Shown here: one piece after another, positions 8,503 to 18,988 of the stretch
Position numbering within the stretch: position 1 is the stretch's first letter
Layout of the letters: each line of letters starts with the position of its first letter
DNA from: an uncultured virus (IMG/VR IMGVR_UViG_3300011008_000014)
Taxonomy: Duplodnaviria > Heunggongvirae > Uroviricota > Caudoviricetes
Virus record (IMG/VR): IMGVR_UViG_3300011008_000014
Strand: one strand, 5' to 3'
DNA length: 64,000 nt
Program-made: the position numbers and the translations under genes
The notes under the pieces: model-generated
Told to the model about the DNA's origin: nothing
What the model saw: the letters and a program-made list of their open reading frames with translations, nothing else
The model's database searches: none

Positions 8503-9677
8503 ATTACATATTAAGGGATTATCAACAGGAAGCCTCGGATGCAGCATATAAATTCTTCACCGACGCGCAAAAGTATAATGGCCTTATCGTTGCGCCGACA
8601 GGATGTGGAAAGTCGCTGATAATTGCAGACATCGCAAACAGGTTAGGCGGCAATGTGCTTGTGTTTCAGCCCAGCAAAGAAATACTTGAACAGAACTACA
8701 AGAAATATTGCTCCTATGGCATGACTGATTGCAGCATCTATTCTGCATCATTCAACAAGAAGGAAATATCGCGTGTCACGTTTGCCATGATTGGCAGCGT
8801 GAAAAGCCATCCCGAACTATTCAAGCGGTTCAAGTATATCATCGTGGATGAGTGTCACCGTGTAAATCCGAAGGAAGGGATGTATAAGGATTTCTTTCAT
8901 GCGCTCGGCGAGACAAAGATTCTTGGATTGACCGCCACCCCTTACAGGCTGGTGTCATATCAAGATTACGGCTCGATGCTGAAATTCATCACACGTTCAA
9001 ATCCGCGAGTGTTTGACAAGGTGATATACTTTGTTCAGATACAGGATTTGTTGCGGAAAGGCTTTCTTGCGCAGCTTGACTATTTCGACTGCCCGCCGAA
9101 AGGATGGGATTCAAACAAGCTGGTGGTGAACAGTACAGGTGCAGACTACACAGACAAATCGGTGCAAGCGGAATATGAGCGCGTTGACATCAAGGAGTGG
9201 CTTTATCAGATAGTACATAGATTGGTGTATAACAGCAAAGTACCACGGAAGGGAATCTTGGTGTTTACGCGGTTTATCTACGAGGCCGATTATCTTGTGA
9301 ACAGGCTGATGGCCGAAGGCGTGGATGCTGCATTGGTGACAGGCGAGACCAAATCGAAGGAGCGCAATCGCATCTTGGAAGAGTTCAAGGCTGGCAGAAT
9401 TAAAGTGGTGGCAAACGCCGCTGTCTTGACTACTGGTTTCGACTATCCCGAACTTGATACTGTCGTAATGGCTCGCCCCACCCGTTCACTGGCCATGTGG
9501 TATCAGATTGTAGGCCGTGCAATTCGCCAGTCAGAAGGAAAGAGGGGCTGGATTGTTGACCTCTGCAAGACTTACCCGATGTTTGGCAAGGTTGAGGACT
9601 TGTGGTTGCGTGACACTGGCCGAGGCAAATGGATTGTTGAATCAAAGGGCAGGCAACTGACCAACAAATTCTATTGA
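8499..9677 (+). CDS. SF2 DEAD/DEAH-box helicase
   Basis: APTGCGKS, DECH, TATP, LTTGFDYP, QIVGRAIR motifs. Confidence 0.95.
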   Translation: MNYILRDYQQEASDAAYKFFTDAQKYNGLIVAPTGCGKSLIIADIANRLGGNVLVFQPSKEILEQNYKKYCSYGMTDCSIYSASFNKKEISRVTFAMIGSVKSHPELFKRFKYIIVDECHRVNPKEGMYKDFFHALGETKILGLTATPYRLVSYQDYGSMLKFITRSNPRVFDKVIYFVQIQDLLRKGFLAQLDYFDCPPKGWDSNKLVVNSTGADYTDKSVQAEYERVDIKEWLYQIVHRLVYNSKVPRKGILVFTRFIYEADYLVNRLMAEGVDAALVTGETKSKERNRILEEFKAGRIKVVANAAVLTTGFDYPELDTVVMARPTRSLAMWYQIVGRAIRQSEGKRGWIVDLCKTYPMFGKVEDLWLRDTGRGKWIVESKGRQLTNKFY

Positions 9678-10360
9678 CTATGGTAATACTGGACGATGAA
9701 ATATTGGTCGTGCTGAATGGCAATGCCAACATGGAACATTTCTTCCTGTATCTTCTGCTGGAGTCAGAAGATGGCGTTATGATTAGGTCGTATGCCGATA
9801 TGTCGAATGACACAGGACTATCTCAGCAAGTTATTAGAAGCTGCCTCGCAAAGTTTAAGCAGGTTGGAATATGCTTAACCGATACCAACAAGCAGACGAG
9901 AAGGGGAATAACAAGGAACGTGTTGCAGATAACCGTCTGCAATATTGAAAATTACGTCACATCGAAAAAGCCCAAAAAACAGGGAAGAAACAAGGATGCT
10001 AACAATGACGAACAGCCTAAAACGCTGACCGTGGCCGACAAACAGGCCGACATGGAAAGGCGCAAAAAGGAGTTTGGAATGACATTGCAGCCTTATACTG
10101 AACAGTATGGCCGTCAGATGCTCAGTGACTTTTATCGCTACTGGACTGAACCCAACAAATCGGGTACGAAGATGAAGTTCGAGAAATGCGACACTTGGAG
10201 TTTAAGCGGCAGACTGGCGACATGGGCGGCAAATCAAAGAGTATTTAGTAATGGCAAGCAAACATACAATGGAAGCGGTACAACCACAGCAGAACGCCTT
10301 GATGGTGCAGCGAACCTCATTGCAAGGCTTAGAGAAGAAGGAACTGAAAGCGGCGATTAA
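9674..10360 (+). CDS. Replication initiator-like protein
   Basis: N-terminal wHTH-like region (ITVCN..Y), C-terminal FYRYWTEPN..MKFE..TW...RLATW. Confidence 0.7.
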   Translation: MTMVILDDEILVVLNGNANMEHFFLYLLLESEDGVMIRSYADMSNDTGLSQQVIRSCLAKFKQVGICLTDTNKQTRRGITRNVLQITVCNIENYVTSKKPKKQGRNKDANNDEQPKTLTVADKQADMERRKKEFGMTLQPYTEQYGRQMLSDFYRYWTEPNKSGTKMKFEKCDTWSLSGRLATWAANQRVFSNGKQTYNGSGTTTAERLDGAANLIARLREEGTESGD

Positions 10361-11099
10361 GAAAATGTTTGGCACAGACAAGCAGTTTCTACAGACTTTC
10401 AATCCCGATGCTCAGTATGAAGCCGCAAGGAATGATTTCTTCTGCTACTTCGGCAACGTGCCAACGCTGGCGCATCTTAATGCGGCCTATATGAGTAACA
10501 CGGCGCAACAGTGGCTCGTCGCACAGCTTTTCGACCTATCGGAATTTGCGGGCGCACGGGATAAACTGAATGAAAGTCAACTAAGGCAGCTTGCGCAAAT
10601 CATCGTGGTGCAATATTCGTACCTGCGTGTTACGGAATTGATGCTTTTCTTCTTCAACTTCAAGCTGGGTAAATATGCGGAGTTCTATGGCACTGTTGAC
10701 CCGCTGGCCATCACGAAATCCCTGCGTCAGTTTATGAAGGAACGGAACGATGCAATATACAAGTATGAGCGTGAAATTGAAAAGCAGAAGGAGGCAATGG
10801 ATAGGGCTAATGCCATTACATACAAGGAATACTGCAAGAAACACGGCATAGACCCCACGAAAAGGCTGACACAACGCCTTTTGCCGTCACCCGATGATGG
10901 CGGCAAAGAACAGGTGCAGGAGGCTTTCTTTAGCGCGAAGCCCAAGGAGGATGATGTAAAGGCCGTGCTGAAAAGCGCACATGGAACGGTTGATAACATC
11001 TTTGGGCTGGATAGTGATGCACACGGCAAGATGGTGGATGCCTTTATAAAAAGATACGGCATGTCGCCTCAAGAATACATCAAGAAGCATGAAACCTAA
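10251..11099 (+). CDS. Replication-associated protein, possible helicase loader (start uncertain)
   Basis: Follows the initiator-like gene; FKLGKYAEFYGTVDP motif. Confidence 0.6.
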   Translation: MASKHTMEAVQPQQNALMVQRTSLQGLEKKELKAAIKKMFGTDKQFLQTFNPDAQYEAARNDFFCYFGNVPTLAHLNAAYMSNTAQQWLVAQLFDLSEFAGARDKLNESQLRQLAQIIVVQYSYLRVTELMLFFFNFKLGKYAEFYGTVDPLAITKSLRQFMKERNDAIYKYEREIEKQKEAMDRANAITYKEYCKKHGIDPTKRLTQRLLPSPDDGGKEQVQEAFFSAKPKEDDVKAVLKSAHGTVDNIFGLDSDAHGKMVDAFIKRYGMSPQEYIKKHET

Positions 11100-11617
11100 G
11101 TGTTGCGGAAACTGCATCTTTCAACACCCTCCTATGAGTCTGCAATTCGTAAAAACAGACAAGATAATTGGTATCTGCGAAGTCAAAGGCATTGTAGAAC
11201 TGGATAATAAAGATGTCTGCTGGCACTACTTTGACGGAACAAAGGAAATGCAAGAGCGTGAGGTGCATCGGGCGTTATGCCCGCATCAGACCTATAATGA
11301 CTGCTGCGACTTGGATTATTCTTTGTGCATGGGTGACTGCAAGCGAATGAAAACCTACGACAAACAGCATGGAAACATCGAAGGAAAGAAGAAAACGGCT
11401 CGACCATGAAAGGTATATGAGAAACCGTGATAAGCGGCTGGCGAAACAGCATGAATACTATATCGCCAATCGTGACGACATACTGGTTAAAGTACATGAG
11501 CGTCGCAGTGCGGAAATGCTTGCGAAACCTCAGAAGGTCAAGTTTCAGTTTGATGACGAAAGACGAAGGGCGTATCATCGTGAATGGTACAGACGAAATC
11601 GAAGCAAGAAAAATTAA
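11089..11617 (+). other. Two small hypothetical CDSs (11089-11409 Cys-rich; 11369-11617 Arg-rich)
   Basis: Overlapping ORFs in the operon. Confidence 0.6.
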
Positions 11618-11628
11618 AATCAGCAGAA

Positions 11629-12701
11629 ATGATAAAACATAAATTCCCCTATTTGTGGAAACTTAAAGAATTACCCCCCCCACTTGCGGCAATGTGTTCT
11701 CATGCTTTGCATGTGGCGGCGGTAGTACAATGGGCTATAAGCTGGCAGGATTCAACGTGATAGGATGCAACGAGATTGACCCACGAATGAATAAATGCTA
11801 TGTGGAAAACCATAACCCACGGCTGAACTATCTTTGCGACATTCGGGATATGGTGACAATGGAATTACCCGAAGAGTTGTATCATTTGGATATACTGGAT
11901 GGCTCTCCACCATGCAGCACGTTCTCGTCTGCTGGCGACCGTGAAGATTCGTGGGGCAAGGAGAAAGTGTTCAAGGAAGGGCAGGCAAAACAGGTGTTAG
12001 ATACACTATTCTTTGATTTTATAGCACTGGCCAAGCGGTTACAGCCGAAAGTTGTAATCGCGGAAAATGTGAAAGGACTCATCCAAGGCAGCGCAAAGGA
12101 CTATGTGCGTCGGATATACACAGAGTTGGAAGATGCAGGGTACTATGTTCAGCATTTTCTATTGAATGCAGCAAGGATGGGTGTGCCGCAACAAAGAGAG
12201 CGTGTGTTTTTCGTCTGCCTGCGAATGGACTTGGCAGAGCCGTTTCTGTATAATGCAGACCTTTTCACGCAACGGCCAAAGATTGAGATGGAATTTAACG
12301 AGCCGCCGATTCTGTTTGGTGAGGTGGCTGACTACCAAGGCAGAATGTTCGGTGAAGAAACGACGATGTATCAGCTATGGAAGGAGGCTCGAGACGGTGA
12401 AAGAAGTTTTTCAGATGCAGCGATGCGGCTGCGTGGCAAAGCGTCTTTCTTTACCATGCGCCTGTTCTATGAAACAGAGGTGGCATGGACTATCGTACCC
12501 GACTACCATTGTACGATGATTCACAAGAAAAAACCGATGTACCTGTCAGACACGGAAATAATAAAATGCTCAACATTCCCCCAAGACTATAACTTTTTAG
12601 GCCAAAAGGCGGGCTATCTTTGTGGAATGTCTGTACCACCCGTAATGATGGCGCAGGTTGCTGGCAGAGTATGGGAACAGTGGTTATCAAAAATACTATA
12701 A
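11629..12701 (+). CDS. C5-cytosine DNA methyltransferase, frameshifted at a C8 tract (11674-11681)
   Basis: FACGGG, GSPPC, ENVKG, PQQRERVF motifs; ATG 11629 is out of frame with the body unless the tract is C9 or C6. Confidence 0.85.
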
Positions 12702-13042
12702 TGAAACGACGAATCAGAATCCGAAAACGGCCAAGGCTGATGACGCTCGACCTGTTCAGACGGTCAGCGGAATGGCAAAAGGCCATACCAAGGCCGACGG
12801 TCAGATATACAGTCACAGAACAGGCTTTGCCGTTTGAGGACATGGATTTCACGGTAAAGAAGAAAAGATGCCCCTATTGCGGAAAGATTCTGCCTTTCAA
12901 CCTGTTCAACCTTTCGCGTCATGCCAAGGATGGCAGACAGCCGTATTGCAGGGCGTGTCAGAAGCGGTATAAGGATGAACACCCCGACATAGAATATAAG
13001 TATAAGCACAATAACATTGGAACATTACAGATAAGATGGTAG
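12701..13042 (+). CDS. Zinc-finger hypothetical protein
   Basis: CPYC...DG.QPYCRAC. Confidence 0.65.
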   Translation: MKRRIRIRKRPRLMTLDLFRRSAEWQKAIPRPTVRYTVTEQALPFEDMDFTVKKKRCPYCGKILPFNLFNLSRHAKDGRQPYCRACQKRYKDEHPDIEYKYKHNNIGTLQIRW

Positions 13043-13719
13043 AAAATGAACCTATAAGTAAAGTTTTGAAGATGGACTGCTTGCAGTACATGAAAACTTT
13101 GCCCGACAAGCATTACAGCCTTACCATAGCTGACCCTCCTTATGGCATAGACATCAACTCCAGCGGGCGCATCTGCAAGGAGAAAGGCCGTGCCTATAAG
13201 GAATGGGATAAAACACCGCCGAAGAAGGAGTATTTTGACGAAATGCTCAGAGTCAGCAAGAATCTGATAGTATTTGGCGCGAATCATTTCATTTCGGAAA
13301 TACCCGTTGACTCAAAGGCATGGATAGTGTGGGATAAGGCACAGCCCGAAGGATTGTCATTCGCCATGTGTGAACTGGCATTAACCACCTTTACGGATAG
13401 GACGGCAAAGATTTTCAGATATTCGGCTACGAAGCAGAATAATGAAGAAATTCGGGTGCATCCTACGCAAAAGCCGATAGCCCTTTATGCTTGGATTCTG
13501 AAAAACTATGCCAGCGAGGGTGATGTGATATTCGACCCGTTTTTGGGCAGTGGCAGCAGTCGGATTGCGGCCTACAGGATGGGGTTCGATTTCTATGCTA
13601 CGGAAATAGACGATGAATATTACATCGCACAGGAGAAACGGTTCAATGAGATTTGCCACGGTATTGTTGAACTGAAAGATGGAAGGGTGGCAAAGCAGTT
13701 AGATATGTTTGAAATGTAA
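13036..13719 (+). CDS. N6-adenine/N4-cytosine DNA methyltransferase (beta class)
   Basis: DPPY, HPTQKP, DPFLGSGS. Confidence 0.92.
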   Translation: MVENEPISKVLKMDCLQYMKTLPDKHYSLTIADPPYGIDINSSGRICKEKGRAYKEWDKTPPKKEYFDEMLRVSKNLIVFGANHFISEIPVDSKAWIVWDKAQPEGLSFAMCELALTTFTDRTAKIFRYSATKQNNEEIRVHPTQKPIALYAWILKNYASEGDVIFDPFLGSGSSRIAAYRMGFDFYATEIDDEYYIAQEKRFNEICHGIVELKDGRVAKQLDMFEM

Positions 13720-13730
13720 ATCGTTATAAA

Positions 13731-14546
13731 ATGAAACGGATTGAATTATACAATGACTCCTTTCAGAATTTCAGAGGGTATCAGTTGCCAAAGGCACAGT
13801 TGATTATAGCGGATGTTCCCTACAACTTAGGAAACAACGCCTATGCCAGCAATCCAGCTTGGTACAATGACGGCGACAATGCAAATGGCGAGTCGGAGCT
13901 TGCTGGCAAGCAATTCTTCAATACCGACAGCAATTTCAGACCTGCGGAGTTCATGCACTTCTGCTCCCACATGCTACGCAAAGAGCCGAAAGTCGGAATC
14001 AGTGAAGAGGAACTGGAGAAAGCCCCGAAGGTGGGCGGCAAGTTGAAAAGCCAGTCGCCTTGCATGATTCTTTTCTGCGGATTCGACCAGCTTCATTATT
14101 TCATTGACCTTGGAAAGCGTTACGGGCTGGCGCGAAACATCCCGTTGGTGTTCAGAAAGAACTACAGCGCACAGGTGCTAAAGGCGAACATGAAGATTGT
14201 CGGAAACTGCGAGTACGGACTCCTTCTTTACCGTGACAGGTTGCCGAAATTCAACAATAACGGTAATATGGTGTTCAACTGCTTTGAATGGCCGCGTGAA
14301 AACAGGGTTGAAAAGATACATCCGACACAAAAGCCCATTGCACTGCTGGAGCGTCTGATAGAACTTTTCACAGACCCCGACGATGTGGTTATTGACCCCG
14401 TGGCGGGTTCGGGTTCTACCTTGCTTGCAGCCGCGAATCTTGGACGCAAGGCATACGGCTTTGAAATTGACAAGGGCTTTTATCGGAATGCCTGCAAGTT
14501 TATCGAGAATAACGTACAGCCGAATCTATTCAGTTCGGCAATTTAA
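13731..14546 (+). CDS. N6-adenine/N4-cytosine DNA methyltransferase (beta class, DVPY variant)
   Basis: ADVPY, HPTQKP, DPVAGSGST. Confidence 0.9.
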   Translation: MKRIELYNDSFQNFRGYQLPKAQLIIADVPYNLGNNAYASNPAWYNDGDNANGESELAGKQFFNTDSNFRPAEFMHFCSHMLRKEPKVGISEEELEKAPKVGGKLKSQSPCMILFCGFDQLHYFIDLGKRYGLARNIPLVFRKNYSAQVLKANMKIVGNCEYGLLLYRDRLPKFNNNGNMVFNCFEWPRENRVEKIHPTQKPIALLERLIELFTDPDDVVIDPVAGSGSTLLAAANLGRKAYGFEIDKGFYRNACKFIENNVQPNLFSSAI

Positions 14547-15058
14547 TAACTAAAAAACAATGTTTTGCTCATGAAAATGACTCTTTTGGTTGCGACAGCT
14601 TTTGCATGTCTGATGTTCACTGCCAATCCCAAGCCGTCAGAAACGGACGGAAAGGGAACGGTGGTAGTAGCAACGCCATTGCATTTCGATGCTGCTGAAA
14701 CGGCATGGGCGGCAAACTTACCGTGCCAGCGTGAAACCGTGCTGATGTTACCCGTCATTGGGTACGTTGTAATGACACTTCCCGATTTTGGAACTTTGGC
14801 GGGCTACAAGCAGAGACCGCCAGCCAAATGGGAGTGCAAGGGTTGAAGGGTGGGAAATGGTTAGCTTTGTTCATACGAATAATTTGAATTGATAAAAAAT
14901 TAAGTTAGGCGGTTAGGCATGGCCTATAGCGGTAAAACCTGCATTTGCAATACGTTTCAATTTACTGGAAAGAAGCACCTTGAACTTGAAGGTGTGTGAC
15001 TCCACCGTCATGCAGGGCGCGAGGGTTGGTAGCGCAGCCCGCCGCCATTTTTGAAAAC

Positions 15059-15181
15059 CGAAGGATGGTGTAATGGTAGCACACCCGTATATGGAACGGG
15101 AGGATAGCTGTGAATACGAGCGCAAGAATAACAGCTTCGCACATCGTTTGTGTGTTGTAGGTTCGACCCCTACTCCTTCGA
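15059..15181 (+). tRNA. tRNA-like RNA with a 56-nt variable region; identity uncertain (loop ATATGGA)
   Basis: Acceptor CGAAGGA/TCCTTCG, D arm GTGT-AATGGTA-GCAC, anticodon stem CCCGT/ACGGG, T arm GTAGG-TTCGACC-CCTAC. Confidence 0.75.
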
Positions 15182-15183
15182 CT

Positions 15184-15741
15184 ATGGAAAAGAAAGACAA
15201 ACGGTTTAAGGCTATCGTCGCTGTCGGCAATGACGGAGCGATGGCAGGCTACTTTGAAAAGATAATGGATGCCGTCAGAAAATACGGCTTCACGGCTGGC
15301 AAGTTGGGAGAGGCGATAAAGACTGGCAAGGTATATTATGGATTCAAGTGGATGCTCGATGATGACTATAAGAAACTGTGGCTGGAAGGGAAAACGCATG
15401 AGTTGGCCTTTGAACGCACGAAGTACAACAGGCCGATGACAAAAGGCACTACCCCATTTAAGCCAATGGCCGAATGGTCGGACGAAAGCAAGCGGAAATA
15501 CCGCGAGTCGCAAAGCAGGAAAGCGAAACGCCTGTGGCATGACCCGAATTGCAAGTTCGGGAAATGCGTTGTCAAGAAACCCATTGTCTGCGTGAATACT
15601 GGAGTCGAATACCCTTCGATAAAGCAGGCCGCGAGGGAATTGGGAATACAGAGCCATCAGATAACAGGTGCGATAAGCAGGCACGGCACAGTACACGGAT
15701 TGAAATTTGAACCACTAAACAATAAACAACATGGAGCGTAA
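15184..15741 (+). CDS. NUMOD-type DNA-binding protein (homing-endonuclease-associated domains; no nuclease motif seen)
   Basis: WSDESKRKYRES (NUMOD3-like) and KPIVCVNTGVEYPSIKQAARELGI (NUMOD1-like). Confidence 0.7.
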   Translation: MEKKDKRFKAIVAVGNDGAMAGYFEKIMDAVRKYGFTAGKLGEAIKTGKVYYGFKWMLDDDYKKLWLEGKTHELAFERTKYNRPMTKGTTPFKPMAEWSDESKRKYRESQSRKAKRLWHDPNCKFGKCVVKKPIVCVNTGVEYPSIKQAARELGIQSHQITGAISRHGTVHGLKFEPLNNKQHGA

Positions 15742-15939
15742 AATTGGCGAAATCTACAATGACCGCACAGACAGGAACAGACATGTTTCTTTGCAGGTCA
15801 CGGAGTCTGAGAATCGGGAGTGCGAGGGCTGTTTCTACAGGCATCAGCACTGCCAGCGTATGAATGTGTGGAACTACCACGGCGAATGCAAGGCTGACAA
15901 GCGAAGCGATGGCCGCAATGTCGTGTTTGTAAAGCAGAA

Positions 15940-16503
15940 GTGATGGAAACGAATCTTACCGTCAAGCAGATAGAGAATGCCTTGGTGTTTTCGGGCTGGT
16001 ACAACATTCGGAATGACATCATCATCCCTAACCTGTCATGGGGCTTGCTGAATCATGAGGCAGACCTCGCAATTCTGAATAAGACGGGTTATCTGACGGA
16101 AATAGAAATCAAGCGTTCTTTGGCAGACCTGCGGGCAGACTTCAAGAAAGACGTGTACCATTGCGACGAGCATGTTTACCGCTTTCAGTATTGTTTGCCG
16201 TTGGCCATCCGTGAAAAGGCTCTTGAACTGTTTGCGGAACATTGGGAGCAGATAGGCCAGCTTTACAACATCAGAACTGAATACTTAAACTCACAGAAGA
16301 TTATCACAGAACGCTATCCTTATGTGATATGGTACGATGATAATGCGCACTTCAAGATAGAGCCGCGAAAAAGCGATGTTCGCAGTGGGGCGCGTAAGCT
16401 GTTCCTTGAGGAAAGGCTCACCGTTGCACGGCTGGCATCGTGCAGGCTTTGGGATATGCGCCGGAAACAGATAATCGGCGAACAGCAAGAATTACAACTC
16501 TGA
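15940..16503 (+). CDS. PD-(D/E)XK-fold protein (MmcB-like)
   Basis: EADL...EIEIKRS..DLRAD..K. Confidence 0.7.
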   Translation: MMETNLTVKQIENALVFSGWYNIRNDIIIPNLSWGLLNHEADLAILNKTGYLTEIEIKRSLADLRADFKKDVYHCDEHVYRFQYCLPLAIREKALELFAEHWEQIGQLYNIRTEYLNSQKIITERYPYVIWYDDNAHFKIEPRKSDVRSGARKLFLEERLTVARLASCRLWDMRRKQIIGEQQELQL

Positions 16504-16504
16504 T

Positions 16505-17881
16505 ATGGAAGCAAAGGACATACCCGCTGAAATGATGGCGCAGATTCGCAATAAGTTTGAAGCCGACCCGAAGGTACAGGGTTTTAGGACGCAGCAGTAT
16601 CTTTTGCAGCAGAAGAAGGAGTTTGACGCTGCATTGATGATAGGAAAGATGATTGAAGTCCTGTTCGGTACGGTAGTGCAAGCCTATCTTGATGAGGTGA
16701 ATGCCGAATGCGAGGAGATAGACTTTAAGGACTTGGATATACCAGTAAAGGACAAAGAGGAAATAAGCATTCTGAATGTTACGATATTCATTGCCTTGGA
16801 TATTGTGGAGTCCTGTCTGATAGGCATTAACGATGTGCTGCACAGGACTGACAAGACGCTGAACTATGAAATGCACGATGACCTCAAGGAACTTTCGGAA
16901 ATGGTCAATACCAAGATGAAGTATTGGGGTGAAAACTCAGAATACCTAAACGACGCAGAATGGGGAAACAGGTGTGATGATATGTTTGAAATGATGAAGA
17001 ATAAGGCAAAGGCCATCATCAGAAAGCGTAAGTCAGACCAGTGGGGAAAGAATTTTGAAAAATATAAAAAATAAGATGGAGTTAGGGTTAAAAGCTATCA
17101 AGAATCATTATGCGGAGCGCAGGCTGGCAGAAAAGCGGAAAAGCGCAGAGTCAGAAGCCCAACGCGAGATTTACCCCGTCTGTAGGATGGGTGAACACGG
17201 CGAGTTAATCAACGAGATAGTGGTAAGTGGAATGCCGCTGTTTCAAGTTTCGGACGAAGATGGAAGGTGGAACGTCAAGGCTGATGATGTCGGGGATGTT
17301 GTCAAGCACCTGCGGGATGCCTACGTCACAAATGTAATGAAACAATGACTAAAGAACAACTTGAAGAAATATCGAAAGAGATACATGACCTAAATACAGG
17401 AATGTGGAATAAGGCCGACATTGGCGAGGGGCTGGTGCGTCTGCTTGATAAGCTGACGGCACTGAGAATGGCCGTTCACGGGCGCAAGGTTGCAGACCGT
17501 GGCAACTATGAAGCGTTGAACGTGAAGAGTGGGCTGTTCAAGAAGCCCGACACGGTTAAGAACTACAGGAAGTATATCCGCAGTTCAACGGAAGAGGGAT
17601 TTGCCGACATACTGCTGGCCATTGCCGACCTTGCAGCCGCAAAGGAGATGAACTTTGACGCATTGCAGCCCGAATTTAAGCGCAAGTTTGATGAGTTCAC
17701 GTTCAACAACAACTGCTTTTCCTTTGCCAAGCTGGTGATGTCCGTCGTGCCTATCAGAAAGCGTGTGATTATGATGATGGGCTTTATCATCAGTTGGGCG
17801 AAGGCCGAGAATGTCGATTTGGAGTTCTATGTAAAGGAACGAATCAGTTATATCAAACAAGTTAAACAAAACAAAAAGTAA
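16505..17881 (+). other. Three CDSs: 16505-17074, about 17076-17348, and 17345-17881 (degenerate MazG-like)
   Basis: Packed ORFs; EEGFADILLAIADL resembles the MazG helix motif. Confidence 0.6.
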
Positions 17882-17885
17882 AATT

Positions 17886-18371
17886 ATGGGAATGAGAAGC
17901 CGAACTGCCGAATGGTTCAACGTGAAAATTCGGTATGAAAAGACAATGGAAGATGGCCTACAGAAAAAGGTGTCTGAAAATTACGTTGTCGATGCCCTGT
18001 CTTTCACTGAGGGCGAAGGTCGAATGATTGATGAAATGTCCGCTTACATCAGCGGCGAGTTCACTGTCGATGACATGAAGAAATGCCCGTTCAAAGAGAT
18101 TTTCTTCAACGATTCGGAACTGGCCGACAAGTGGTATAAGTGCAAGCTGCAATTCATCACCATTGATGAAAAGTCCGAGAAGGAAAAGCGGTCGAATGTC
18201 TGCTATCTTGTGCAGGCTGGTACGCTGAATGCTGCTGTCAAGGCCATTGATGAGGTCATGGGCGGTACGATGATTGATTACGTCATCAAGACCGTCGATG
18301 AGACCTCAATATGCGATGTCTTTGAGTATCAGAAGAAGGAACAGGACGATAAGCCCGAATACGAGCAATAG
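17886..18371 (+). CDS. DUF4494-like Bacteroidota protein
   Basis: WFxVKIRYEKTMEDG.QKKV.E.YVVDALSFTE.E signature. Confidence 0.8.
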   Translation: MGMRSRTAEWFNVKIRYEKTMEDGLQKKVSENYVVDALSFTEGEGRMIDEMSAYISGEFTVDDMKKCPFKEIFFNDSELADKWYKCKLQFITIDEKSEKEKRSNVCYLVQAGTLNAAVKAIDEVMGGTMIDYVIKTVDETSICDVFEYQKKEQDDKPEYEQ

Positions 18372-18988
18372 TCATGGAACTGCATTACGACATCAAGTTT
18401 GACATTACAGAGCAAGAAAAGAAGGAAATCATTGTTAGCGCGATATACTCTGAGTTGCAGATTGTCGTGCTTCTGATGATAGTGGCTGGCTTTACTGGAG
18501 TCACGGTGGCCGTCTATTACGGATGGCTTCTTGGAATGGGCGCGTTCATGTTCGTTACCGCCGTGGTTCTGATGCTTCGTGGCTGGTTGCGGCGTATCTT
18601 TCTTAACGCTGAAATAAGCAAACTGGTGAAACAGAAACTTGCAAGGCAATGAGACTATTTGTAAGTGTCACAAGGGATGTGTACGATGCACTTGAAGAAG
18701 GTAGCATCGTGCGCATTCCGTTCAATGCGCACTGGATAAGGCGTTTGTGCTACAGTGCCAAAACAACGAATCAGACCGATAAATGCTGGGAGCATGACAA
18801 ACAGGAGTGCCGCCAGTGTTTTAGGAACAGTGGCGAGGATTGGTGTTGCTATCCGTTTGATACCGTGTTGATAAGAAACGGCGAAAGGCAAATGGAGTGG
18901 AATGTCGAATCTGTGTACTATGACCCGAAATCGTTCTGTGTGAAAATCAAGAATATCGTTAAACCAAAAACAACATCTATCTATCAAA

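Noticed and set aside
15073..15183. ORF-track N-terminal extensions over RNA genes and leaders (also 7640, 24095, 33251, 40047, 40511)
   Set aside because: They overlap tRNA-like or promoter sequences; downstream ATGs fit better.
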